Position numbers and translations under genes: made by a program. The notes beneath the pieces were generated by a model. The model was given only the letters and a program-made list of their open reading frames with translations. It was not told the DNA's origin and searched no databases. A DNA stretch of 60,134 nt, counting the filler, from Sphacelaria rigidula (lineage: Eukaryota): NCBI GenBank assembly GCA_964200075.2. It is 8 parts of 8 records of this genome, joined end to end, with 100 filler letters (N's around TTAATTAATTAA, not from the genome) between each part and the next. Parts side by side here need not be neighbours in the genome. Positions count along the whole stretch, not along the records: positions 22,590 to 30,018 come from CAXNAA020014962.1; positions 30,119 to 37,547 come from CAXNAA020014963.1; 6 more parts are not named here. One strand, 5' to 3'. Below, in pieces: positions 26,204-36,415 of the stretch (positions are counted from its first letter, which is position 1; every line of letters begins with the position of its first letter).

Positions 26204-27676
26204 TGTATCGACACCTGGCTCAATCAACAACATGTGTGTCCGCAGTGTCGCCACGATCTCCTAGGTCGAGACAACAACGCATACTCTAGCAGTCGACACC
26301 ACCACCACCAATACCACCAGGATATTGCCACCACAAGCAGCATGGACTCGGCCCCATTCTCACCGCTCTACTCGCCGTTGGGAGCCTTACCGAGCTCAAG
26401 GAGGCGGCCGACGCCGTCGATGAGTCGCTTTTCCTCGGGCCTGACAGTCTCCCGGCTCTCTTACACCCCGTACGCTGTCGGCAGCGGCGACGGGTTCGTC
26501 GCTTCGCCGTTGTCCAACTCAACCTTCCTGCCTCTCCGAGGACTGTCGTCGGATCTCATCATGGGCGGAGAGCTGAGAGCGCGAGGCAACACGACCACAT
26601 CCTCCACCGGCGCTACGATTGGCACTCCCCGATTCGGCAGCAGCGCGCTGTACATTTCGGGCAACTCTTCTTCGATTGGCCGCCGCTCCGCAGGGTCTTC
26701 CTACCCGCCGCTACCGCTGTTTTCTCCGCCATTTTCCCTATCGGAGGCAACCGTGTCGACCGAAGCAACCGGCGAGACTCCTCGCGAACACAGGCCGCCG
26801 ACGATACGGCCATGGTCCGGGCGATTCGCTTTTCAAAACAGCATCGTCATGCAATCGGGAAGTCACCATCACCGCCCAGTGCAGCTGCGCTCCACCAGGG
26901 GACGTGTACCCACGCCCCACCGCCCCCGGCGCCAGTCGCGCCAAACGCTGCCATCCCCGGGTCGGAGTCATCCCAACCACCATAACCCCGAGCGCGGCAC
27001 GATGATGCAGCAGACGCCCCCTCCTCTAGGACCAGGGCAGCAGCAACAACAGCAACAGCAACAGCAACAACAACAGCAACAGCAACAGCAACCGCAACCG
27101 CAACAGCAGCCACACCAACAGCAGCAGCAGACCTCTCCGCATGTCTTCTCTTCACAGGACCCGCAGCACCAGCACCAGTACGGGAGGCCGCCGCCGCTTA
27201 CACCGTCATCTCACGGGCACGGTCTACACCACCCAAGCGCTGGCGCCGGAAGCGGCGTCGTCAAAGCCCCGGGGGTGGTTGCGACTACGGCCGGGGACTT
27301 TGTGGTCCTTGGTGGGAACAACAACCAATCTCGTCGTCTGCGCATACCCAGCCTGGGTGGCCGAAGGGCTCGATCCGGCAGCTGCGATGTGATTACATCC
27401 CCCGGTTTTATATTCGGTTCTTCTAGTCCCTTCGGTGCTTCGACCTCCCCCAAGGTCGTGGGGGGAGGGGTAAGGGGAGGAGAACAACGTATAGGCGGCG
27501 AGGTGACAGCGTCCCGGGGCACGCCGATGCGCACGAGGAACCGCTCCAATGGCTCTCATTTTGGGAGTAGCAAGGGATGGTCCGCACCAGTCATGACTGC
27601 CCAATTACGGATGAACTCGTGGGATGATGGTGACGACTACGTTGGGAGTGTCGGCAGCGCGGCTACTAGCAGGTGA
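26204..27676 (+). CDS. RING-H2 E3 ligase, terminal exon
   Basis: CAG|TGT phase-0 acceptor; CIDTWLNQQHVCPQC completes C3H2C3; Ser/Pro-rich tail with poly-Q; stop TGA at 27674-27676. Confidence 0.9.
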   Translation, partial: CIDTWLNQQHVCPQCRHDLLGRDNNAYSSSRHHHHQYHQDIATTSSMDSAPFSPLYSPLGALPSSRRRPTPSMSRFSSGLTVSRLSYTPYAVGSGDGFVASPLSNSTFLPLRGLSSDLIMGGELRARGNTTTSSTGATIGTPRFGSSALYISGNSSSIGRRSAGSSYPPLPLFSPPFSLSEATVSTEATGETPREHRPPTIRPWSGRFAFQNSIVMQSGSHHHRPVQLRSTRGRVPTPHRPRRQSRQTLPSPGRSHPNHHNPERGTMMQQTPPPLGPGQQQQQQQQQQQQQQQQQQPQPQQQPHQQQQQTSPHVFSSQDPQHQHQYGRPPPLTPSSHGHGLHHPSAGAGSGVVKAPGVVATTAGDFVVLGGNNNQSRRLRIPSLGGRRARSGSCDVITSPGFIFGSSSPFGASTSPKVVGGGVRGGEQRIGGEVTASRGTPMRTRNRSNGSHFGSSKGWSAPVMTAQLRMNSWDDGDDYVGSVGSAATSR

Positions 27677-30118
27677 TGATGAGAGATCACAGGCATGCAC
27701 GAGGCGAAACGGACTTCTCTTGTCTAGCTTCAGCTTTGTGTTTTATTTTTTTTACTCCAAGTTTTGTTCAACGGTAAAGACATCTATCTGCTGTGGGTAT
27801 CGTTTATATATTTCATTTTTTGGAGTTTTTGTCCCCAAAAAACAACGCAACATTGTCAATACCTGCCTTGGACAGTATACGTCATCTTATCGAGAGGAGT
27901 CTAGCCCGACTTTTCGATTCTATCGAGTCTGATACTTCGAGAACGGCCATTTAATCAAAACCCAATCGGAACTGGACAAAATGGGGGGCGTCTGCAGGGA
28001 GATTTGCAAAGTTTCCTCATCGTCTTCACCTATTCTCATCTTCCGATCGTTTTCTCGTCCGGAGGCTGTTTTCGGAACTTCCGAGCCGAGCGAACCCCAA
28101 AAATGGTTTGAACGTCTCTCGGTAAGGTGACGCATAATGTCCAGGAGGGATGATGACGGTGTTACTTCGAAATTTTGGCCAAAACCCTCGTCAAATAGCC
28201 AAAAACTGGGGGCGGGCGGGTAAGAAAGATTAATAATAATAACTACATTACTTGTAAAACGTGGCTTTTCAAACTAAAGCTGCGATTCATTCTGTGATGT
28301 CTTCCGTTTGATCTTCGGAATACTCTTGGTGCGACCCTAATCCTCAAACACTATCCCACATGAAATTTCTCCCTGTATACCCGCCAATGTTACTCCGCAC
28401 GATTGCAACTATATCCAGATGGAGGCGAGGCTCGGACGATTGGGGCTCTCACGAGTGGGGTAGAAGTCAACCTGCAGCAAACCAAACCCAGGTATTCCCC
28501 GGACCCCCGTCATCCCTCGCAGCCGAAGAGCGGTCCAGTCCCGGAGAAGATGTCGTTACCGTGGTGTTCGGGGGCGGAGCACCTCTGCCACCGCGGGAGC
28601 CACCGCCCATTCAACAGCAATGGAGTGAGGACGAAATTTCCCCGACAGCGGAGAGCACGAGTTCTTCGCCAGCACAGTAGTATGTAGTTGACCCCCTGTA
28701 GGCACCAGAGCTGCTGACGACTAGATTAAGAATTTTTGAGGATCAAGTCGACTTGTTGGTGGCTATGCTTGGGCCTACTGCTCTGCAGGAAGCACGAGTG
28801 CCCCTGCGTGTGACGGGCTGCTCGAGGTTCTTTGGGTTCGGGTAATATTGTCCTGTAAACGTCATTTAGGCAAGAATATGGAAAAGGAGAAATTAGAGGA
28901 GGGGGCAGAAGGAGGGGGGGGCGGTAGCTCCTGGCACAAACTCTACTGTGGCTTCACCGGCGCCTACCCGTGAGACTGTGATGTGGGCCCTGCTTTATGT
29001 CACTACTCTGACACCTAACCCTAATCCTGTACGGGGGCGGAGGGGGGGGGGGGGGTTGAGGCGAGAGAGTGGTGACCTGTACGAGTTTATTGTTGGAGAG
29101 TAGTGCGAATGGCTGATACAAGTAGCGCGGAGAGCGTCAGGCATGACTTTGCTGTATTCTTTACTCGTGTTAGGCATCATGTTGCCCGACGAATTTTAAT
29201 GTTGCGTTATATCTTTTTATCAATTTTGCTTTGTGTGTTCTTCTCGTGTGCCGTGCCGTAGGAGTCGTGGGATGGTCACTCAGATGCATAGGTTACTAGA
29301 TGAAACATAGGACCTGTAGAGATCGAGCACTGCGCGAAAAAGTCTGCGCCACAAGCATTGTTTGTTTCGGGAATGTTGTTGGTACTACTTCCGCAGCATG
29401 CGGCAAGGAAGCAGATATTCGGGAGACTGTGTTGCCTGTCTTTTGGGGGTGGGTGGGTGGGGGGGTGGGGTCCCTAGAATTGCTGACGTCATTATACAGG
29501 TTTCATTACTTTGGTCGGAAGATATATGTTGGGAACAAATGACCGAGGGCTCCTGTATAAAAGTCAAGACGTGCAGGACGTTAACGGCACTTACTTGAAG
29601 ATTTGTTTCGAAGATACTCTGACGATGTTATGTGCGGTCGTGTATGGAGAGAAGGAGGAACACATAGTGCAGTTGGGGGGGTGACGGCATTGTTTAAGGC
29701 TTTGTATGTGCTGGTACGAGTGGTGGAGCGTCGCTTACTGTTGTAGTTTTGCACTATCTTTCCTGGGTTCGATGAAGACACACACACACCATACACAACG
29801 TTACACACCGTTTTTTATAATCTTCTGAAGGTAAAATACCTTCAGAACAGAGCATAACCTTAGTGTTCGCTCTACTTTCCGGAAGGTCCATTGTGTGCGT
29901 TTCGTTTCGTGTCTCTTGCGAAAAGCGGGGGAGAGGGGGGGGGGGGCGGGGGGGGGGGGGCGGGGGGGGGAAGGCTGGAAGAGCAGACGTCGTAATCCCC
30001 ACCCCGCGAACCTTCCGTNNNNNNNNNNNNNNNNNNNNNNNNNNNNNNNNNNNNNNNNNNNNTTAATTAATTAANNNNNNNNNNNNNNNNNNNNNNNNNN
30101 NNNNNNNNNNNNNNNNNN

Positions 30119-30190
30119 CCCGGCTTTGTAGGGATGCGGGGTCAATGGTCTTATGACTATGGTATGCATGATCATGAGTACACCCCCCAC
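30119..30190 (+). mobile_element. 3' end of family X1 followed by a C run (contig edge)
   Basis: GGGATGCGGGGTCAATGGTCTTATGACTATGGTATGCATGATCATGAGTACACCCCCC. Confidence 0.8.
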
Positions 30191-30895
30191 CCCCTCCCTC
30201 CATTGAAGCGTGACTCGAACGTAGCACATGGGCTGAAATTGTGTCATTATGTCATGGCAAATATTATACCCATGTTTTCTGGCGCAGAAAAGGGGGAAGG
30301 ACGTGGGAACGTCTACAGCACCCTCATCATTGTGAAAGGGCCCGAAACATCCTAGCAATGAAAGTGTGTGAGTTGTAGCCAAATGATACCAAGGTCGTTT
30401 GTCTTGAGCTCGCTCTGAGGGTGCTGTAGCCAAATATTACCAAGCCGGAGGTTTCAGTATAACCGCATGCATGATTGGAGCAGTGGCAGGGGACAGGGGA
30501 TCCTGGCTTGATGGCCCTTATCTGTGTGGCCCCTTGCTGTCTGGCTCATGATGTGGTCTGTTTCTGGATCACTCCGTGTTATAGCAGGTGAGAAGGAAGG
30601 ACTTGTCAAGCACAAGGCCAGTGATACTGGAGGACTCTCTCGTTGAAAGCCCTCTTGTCCAGATTGTCTGGCAAAGGCTACAGAGTGAAGGCACCAGGGT
30701 TTCCTCGCAAATGGTTATAGCTGCGACATGATCAATCGAACATATTTGGTTATCCCTGCGACATGATGCTTCTCGTGGCACGTGACTGACCGTAGAGGAA
30801 CACATCATTGAATGCACACACTTCAACATTATCCAAGTTATCATGACCGTTGTCCATCTAGTGTGTACATGCGAGGAATATTTCGTTTGCCGCAC

Positions 30896-30977
30896 CTGAC
30901 CGGGGTCGCCACAAACTCCGTGGCGTATAGCGATCTCATCCGGCTCGAGGAAGTTACCGTTGTCAGCTAGAAGACCA
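30896..30977 (-). CDS. Exon of an LPMO-like (Chitin_bind_3/AA15, EsV-1-166-like) gene
   Basis: CAG acceptor and GTGCGG donor; 82 bp reading (D)GLLADNGNFLEPDEIAIRHGVCGDPGQ; phase matches the upstream exon; CGDP motif. Confidence 0.78.
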
Positions 30978-31692
30978 CTGTGTCCCATCCCCATTTGTCA
31001 AATACACGTTTGGATGCAAAGCAGATTCAGCTGGGGTACGTACGCGCGTGACGGTGGGAATCGCGGTTCGAGGCAGTCTAGCCCCTCACTTACGGCAAAG
31101 TACCCCCCCCCCCCCCCCCCCCGGCCGCGGCGGCCTTGGGCCCCCCCGGGGGGAGGAGGGCTAAACCGTGGGTTACTCCCTCTATGNNNNNNNNNNGGGT
31201 GGAACGCGAGTGTGGGGATGTCGAAGCCCCCAATGTAGCGGAACGCCCCCCCCCCCCCCCCCAGCGGTCGGCGGGTTCTTTGTGCACCGCCAGGGAGAGA
31301 ATGTATAATCAGTGCGTTCCTCCGTCATTAGGATGCCGTCCTTCAGCGTGTTTTGGCTTTCAGTGGCGCAGAGAGCTCTGCTCATCTTTATGATATATAC
31401 TTGTATCTTTTTTCAAACTGACCATTAAAAGGTTAGGATGTAACTAGAAGAAAAAGCAACCGGTAACCATCACATGAAGTGGGCCATTGCCTTACCAAGC
31501 ACTCACATGAACTGCTTATTGGAGAGCATGAAACAGAGAAAGTGGGTTGTCGCCTACGAACTCAAAGTGTTTCTGTACGACATTCGAAATACCTTTATCT
31601 ATATATATATGCTGGCAATTTCTGTGCGCAACGATTGACAAATATCTCGGATACCAAGATACAGACAACACACGCGACGCAACACTCCTTAA

Positions 31693-31853
31693 CTCTTTTG
31701 GGACCGGGCTCCCAGAAACATGGTGTTTGCACGCAAGGGCGTTTCTGTGAATCGGCATCATTTTTACTTGAAAACGAATGAAGATTATACCGAGTAACAA
31801 AAAGGACCCCTGTGTACAAACACCATGTTTCTGGGAATCCGGTCCCAAGAGGG
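31693..31853. mobile_element. piggyBac-type MITE (161 bp) in the LPMO intron
   Basis: TTAA on both sides; about 40-bp TIRs CTCTTTTGGGACCGG...CCGGTCCCAAGAGGG. Confidence 0.88.
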
Positions 31854-31912
31854 TTAAAATGCACGCTACACTGAATATCAGCAAAACACCTGACATATAG
31901 ACACCAACTCAC

Positions 31913-32059
31913 TCGTTGTATGCGGTCATGCCAGGCCACTCCCCGCCGCCCCACGCGTCGAGGACTGCAGCGTCCGTGTCCTCGATGCCCCGTTCCCGTA
32001 CAATAGTATTACCCCTTGCCTGCAGACAGTGCGGACAGTACTCTATGTCTCCGAAGTCA
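31913..32059 (-). CDS. Exon of the LPMO-like gene (not in the ORF track)
   Basis: CAG acceptor and GTGAGT donor; 147 bp reading DFGDIEYCPHCLQARGNTIVRERGIEDTDAAVLDAWGGGEWPGMTAYN; splices in frame to 30977. Confidence 0.8.
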
Positions 32060-32247
32060 CTGACGTAGTCATGGACATATCAACGGCCGAGGACGGCACG
32101 CACGAGAGGAGGGGGCAAGATAAGGTCACGTTAAACAGAGAACTGTCCGGGAAACGTGAAACGTGGGTAGCCCTGAAAACACTCATTTTTTGCAAGTAAG
32201 TAATATAATATCCGGTGAAATTTGTGTCACTATCCCCTACAACTCGC

Positions 32248-32326
32248 CTCCGGCTGCGATCAAGGTTGCCGTAACAATGATGGCCTGCGGCCTGACTGAA
32301 ACACTAGTTTTGAACACAATAATCAT
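32248..32326 (-). CDS. Candidate first (signal-peptide) exon of the LPMO-like gene
   Basis: MIIVFKTSVSVRPQAIIVTATLIAAG ending at a GC-type donor (GCGAGT); 75-bp intron to TTTTCAG at 32173; the next exon reaches TGA at 32126-32128. Confidence 0.45.
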
Positions 32327-32851
32327 GTAGTTTTCGGCTTTACTGAAGCTAGTGAACAACAACAACAACAAAAAACTAGAACCAAGTAGTCATTGGAGAG
32401 TTTCGGAGAACGGTTTTCCAGATCTCAGAGTCAGAGTGGAAGGAACAATAGCCGGTAACGGTGCACTTTCCGCTATGAACTACCCTCCCCGCGGTCTAAG
32501 CGTTCACCCTTACACCGCGATCACCATATTTGTGCCAGTGACATTGATGGCGATTCAGCAAGTGACCTACCCTCGCGGTCAAATTAGATAGAGTTACTAG
32601 CCTCGTTCCACGAGTATTTTCGTTGGGTGCACGTTGCTCTGTGCTGTAGTGCTGAACGCTATTATTACTGCTCTGCCCCTATCTCTATATGCGTGACAAC
32701 CAGTACTGTATCCGTTGCTTGAATCAACCATCGATGATGCGACAACCGCCCGTTGGTGGTGGAAGAGCCCAGCTTGACCCTGACACCAGCCCCGAGATCG
32801 CAACAGTACAACAGTGTTCCACAACCCACCGGATCCCAAGAGACCGACGCG

Positions 32852-32985
32852 CTGTAAGTTGTGAGTTCACTTATCTTGTCGATAGACGTGATGGGTGTGT
32901 TAACCCTCAGACCGCAAGAGTAGCTCATCTGTATCACGCATATTTTTTTGGGCATCGACAAGATAAGTGAACTCACAACTTACAG
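32852..32985. repeat. 134-bp hairpin with perfect 32-bp arms
   Basis: CTGTAAGTTGTGAGTTCACTTATCTTGTCGAT (32852-32883) and its exact reverse complement (32954-32985). Confidence 0.92.
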
Positions 32986-34237
32986 TAACATGTTTTTTTT
33001 TTCCTTTTTGGGGGTTGGGCATCGACAAGTTTTTTTTTCCTTTTTTGTTTGAGGCCCGGGTAGCAATACCCCCCCCGAATGATGTACGTGGAGAATTCGG
33101 AGGGAAAACGATCAAAACGGTGTGATTGGCTGTATTCGTGTTTCTGGCCATTTTTCGTACCTTTCTTGGGCAAAAAAGGAGAAGTGATACCTTTTCTAGG
33201 CCATTGCTAAAAAAGAGCGCTTGTAAATGGTGGTCGTGTTGTATGACTGTGCTCTCGTATTGTCGTAGGTGTCAGGATAATTTTTGAACAACGGAACGAA
33301 CAACGGAAGGATCGTCGCCGAGAATAACAACATAGACAGGGGTAACAACCGACGGCGGCAACAGCAATCAACGACAGTAAAACTCCAAGCGTTCCACCAG
33401 CCAGCTATTTCTCTTTTCCACCCGGCTTCCTCTTCCAGGTCCGTAGTAATGCTGCCCAATGTAAGTCCTGCCATTTTTTCGTGATTTTGTTTCGAAATTT
33501 TCGTCCTTTTGGACACGATTTTCGGGGGCAAAGGGAGGGGGAAAGGTGTATGATCATCGATCTCGTATCACTGAAAATGCTTGGGTGGAGCGATACGACT
33601 GTTTCCCCGGTGGCCTTTTGTTTGATGTTCCGTTTGCTCGTTACTGTTGTCACTTTCAGTGACGGTTTTGTTTCTTGTCGCCTGCGCTGTTTGTGGAACC
33701 GTCCGCCATGAGAACGTCTGTCGGGGCACAGGGCGCACTTGCAAATGAACCAAAATGCTAAAGCTTCCCTCCTGCTTGTTTTGACTCCAGCAACACCGCC
33801 CTCGGCACAGCAATTGCTCAGTCATTACGGACTGGTCCAGGGGGAACGCCCAAAATGTCAAGGTTGTGTTCTGTAGGGTACGGTTATGCTCTGTAGGATA
33901 TGATATTCCTCACAGAACTTAGAGATATCGGGTACCGGTATGAAAGTCTTACAGATACTGCACAACTGTCGGGTACCGGTTTTAAAGTTTTTACAGAAAA
34001 TACAGAACTTGTCGATTACGGTACGGTACGGAAAGCCTACAGAAGACCATACCGGCAATCGGGTATTACTTCAAGAGCATACCCGCGCTCCGGGTACGGG
34101 CATACATTTTGTACAGAACTCACAGAACTGTCGGGCAAGGGTATGGGAGGCGTACAAAACTCACAGAAACTGTCGAGCAGGGTTTGGAGGCTGCACATAG
34201 AACCATACCCGGAACCGGGTGTCTTATGAAGAGCATA

Positions 34238-34546
34238 CCTGACACTTTTTACGATAGCCCCCCCAAAAAAGTGCAGGGTGTTGGGAGGCAAAATCTTCAC
34301 GTAAATCGAAATGGGAAAAGCCGAGCACAACGAGAAGCTGGGAATTTCCACGCGTGGGTTCGTTCTAGCCAATGTCGCCAATATGAGGCGCTGTATGGCC
34401 ATTTTTTTCGTGACACTTTTGAGCTGGTATTGGGGGCGTACTCATTTGTTGCTTGCCTTAGTCATTTGACCATTGACCACGCATCCCTTTCGAGACGGAG
34501 CACCAGAGCTGGTATTGGGGGGGGGGCTATCGTAGAAAGTGTCACC
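34238..34546. mobile_element. MITE with TGACACTTT(C/T)TACGATAGC TIRs, carrying a LINE 3'-end insertion; uninterrupted inverted copy at 56803-57066, diverged copy at about 20460-20695
   Basis: Terminal inverted repeats and internal homology among the three copies. Confidence 0.82.
34437..34505 (-). mobile_element. 69-bp 5'-truncated LINE 3' end with 16-bp TSD
   Basis: GAGCTGGTATTGGGGG at 34421-34436 and 34506-34521; insert reads GAPSRKGCVVNGQMTKASNK* on the minus strand. Confidence 0.9.
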
Positions 34547-34779
34547 TGTCCCCGGTAACGGTACGGGAGGCGTACAGAACTCATGGAACTATCGGGTAAG
34601 GGTATGAAAGTCTTACAGAGTTTACGGAACTGTCGGGTACCGATACGAAAGTATCGGGTACGGTAAATACCCGGAAAAATACTCCGGGTATGCAGAGCAC
34701 CCTACAGAACACAACCTTGCAAAATTTATTCCCCACCAGGTACAGAACACAAAATTGACCGGATAAAAACATATTTGGT

Positions 34780-35500
34780 ATTGTCGTGACCCCCATAAGC
34801 AAGCTAACAGTGTCACACAGCCAGAAGTTTCTTGCGTCCTTTGCTATAGCGTTGGTAGTAAGAAGACCTCTGGGCCAATCACGCAGCTTCAAATTGTTCT
34901 GAAGTAAATTTACTAATTCCCGACTCAAGTTTCACCCAATTTTTCATGAAGCTTATTAACCACCATTAGCTTGGGAATCTACCGCAAAAGCCATATTTGA
35001 AAGCGGTTCGTATGGGACTACATTGTAGGACCCCAAAGCCGTGGCATTTCCGTGATGTAGGATTTTGGCATCGTCGGATTTGCACTGTTGCTATGAATGA
35101 AAGACCCAGAGAACCTCGTAACGGTTTCCCACCACCTGTCGTAGAAAAGTTCCGGTCATCGTCAAACTTGGCAGTTTGGTAGATATGAATAATCTAAATG
35201 GGAAAGAAATATTGTGAGAGTATTTCAAAGTTTATCCGCTCTCTACTGCCTTCCGAGGGTCGTCATGAAGAGCCCTCCCCGCCCCAGAAGCCGGTACACG
35301 ATACATCAAAACCACAATTACAATTTTTACTCGTCCAAGACAAGGTTTGTACAATTTTTCGTTGTGTAATTGTAAAAGCTGATCCCGAACGGTTAATGCA
35401 AAGCTTGAACGCACAGGGAAAATATCTGTAGCATTCTATATTAAAGTAATTAGGGGATTCCGCGTACATTCGTACACTTCAACGCACCAGCGCACGATTC
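34780..35500 (-). mobile_element. Degenerate coding relic, possibly a DNA-transposon (hAT-like) transposase; related relic at about 58300-58900
   Basis: LSRELVNLLQNNLKLRDW here versus LSREFALLLENNLKVPDW at about 58580-58632; many stops; superfamily uncertain. Confidence 0.35.
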
Positions 35501-35901
35501 CTCACGCGTGTTTTTCGAGTTAGACCCTTGATATTGTACTCATCTGGTATGGACTATGGCGAAATTGTTCATGAATAGATTATTGTGGGGGTTTGTTCGC
35601 TAGAAATTCGGGGTCCCAGGAGGCGGCATGAGCCCTGGGACCCTTGGGACCCCTGACTTCTGGCGAAAATAAAGAACAGAAAACGATGTTCGTAGAGAGT
35701 CTCGAATTATCCCATAGCACACGTGTGCCCAGTTTCAGGGTCTAATCCGCAAAAACCGCGTGCGAATTGCTGGAGGAAAATTGTGACTTTCATTCTGAAC
35801 CAGCGTGTAAGGTTCTCACGTGTGGCGCAGTGACAGCGACAAAAATATCATCTGGGTACATCGTAATTGGAAACAACAAACCCGCACTCACGTGCATGCA
35901 G

Positions 35902-36040
35902 ATGAGGAGAGACGGAAAGCCTGGGTGCGGCGTGCACGAGAAGGGGTAATACGAGAAATGGAGGCGTCGGCCGGGATGGAGGGGTTCGGGGATAGTTTGA
36001 TAGGAGAAGAGGTGTATGCTCCCCAAGATTGGCGAAATAG
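35902..36040 (+). CDS. Isolated exon resembling the C-terminal part of a CrtI-type phytoene desaturase/FAD oxidoreductase
   Basis: GCAG acceptor and AG|GTGAGT donor; 139 bp reading EERRKAWVRRAREGVIREMEASAGMEGFGDSLIGEEVYAPQDWRNR; E.V..P.DW..R pattern. Confidence 0.6.
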
Positions 36041-36258
36041 GTGAGTATATCCGATCTCACCTCGGTAGCTATCTTTGAGGGAAAATTATAACGGCACAGT
36101 AACTGATGGTCGCGGCGTCATTGCGATACACAGTGTGCGTCACGTGTGAAGTGGGGTGCGGTGCTGGTTGGTATATTTTCAGCTTGGTATCTCTCGGCAC
36201 CACGTCATGAAGTTTTCCAAAAGTGCAGTACGGCACGGGGCCGGACGACTGGTGTTAT

Positions 36259-36282
36259 CATTATTTTTATTATTATTATTGT

Positions 36283-36323
<41 letters not shown>

Positions 36324-36415
36324 TCAATCGTGGTCGTAGTAGTGGTACTGTTGTTGTTCTTGCTATCATTATCACTTTTATTCCGTCATCATCATTAGTA
36401 GTAGTGGTGGTAGTA
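36259..36415. repeat. Compound (TAT)n/(TAC)n/(TAG)n microsatellite
   Basis: Directly visible trinucleotide runs. Confidence 0.9.

Larger units (their letters stand above)
33865..34770. repeat. Element built from ACAGAACT/TCGGGTACGG subrepeats, split by a nested MITE
   Basis: Same subrepeats at 33865-34230 and 34555-34770. Confidence 0.65.

Noticed and set aside
28420-28850. Possible coding exons downstream of the RING gene; similar weak candidates at about 16340-16555(-), 39060-39300(-) and 41850-42240(-)
   Set aside because: Short protein-like frames with stops or no consistent splice phase and no recognisable family.
30896-32326. Integrated phaeovirus segment
   Set aside because: The gene has spliceosomal introns and no other viral genes or gene-dense ORFs lie nearby.
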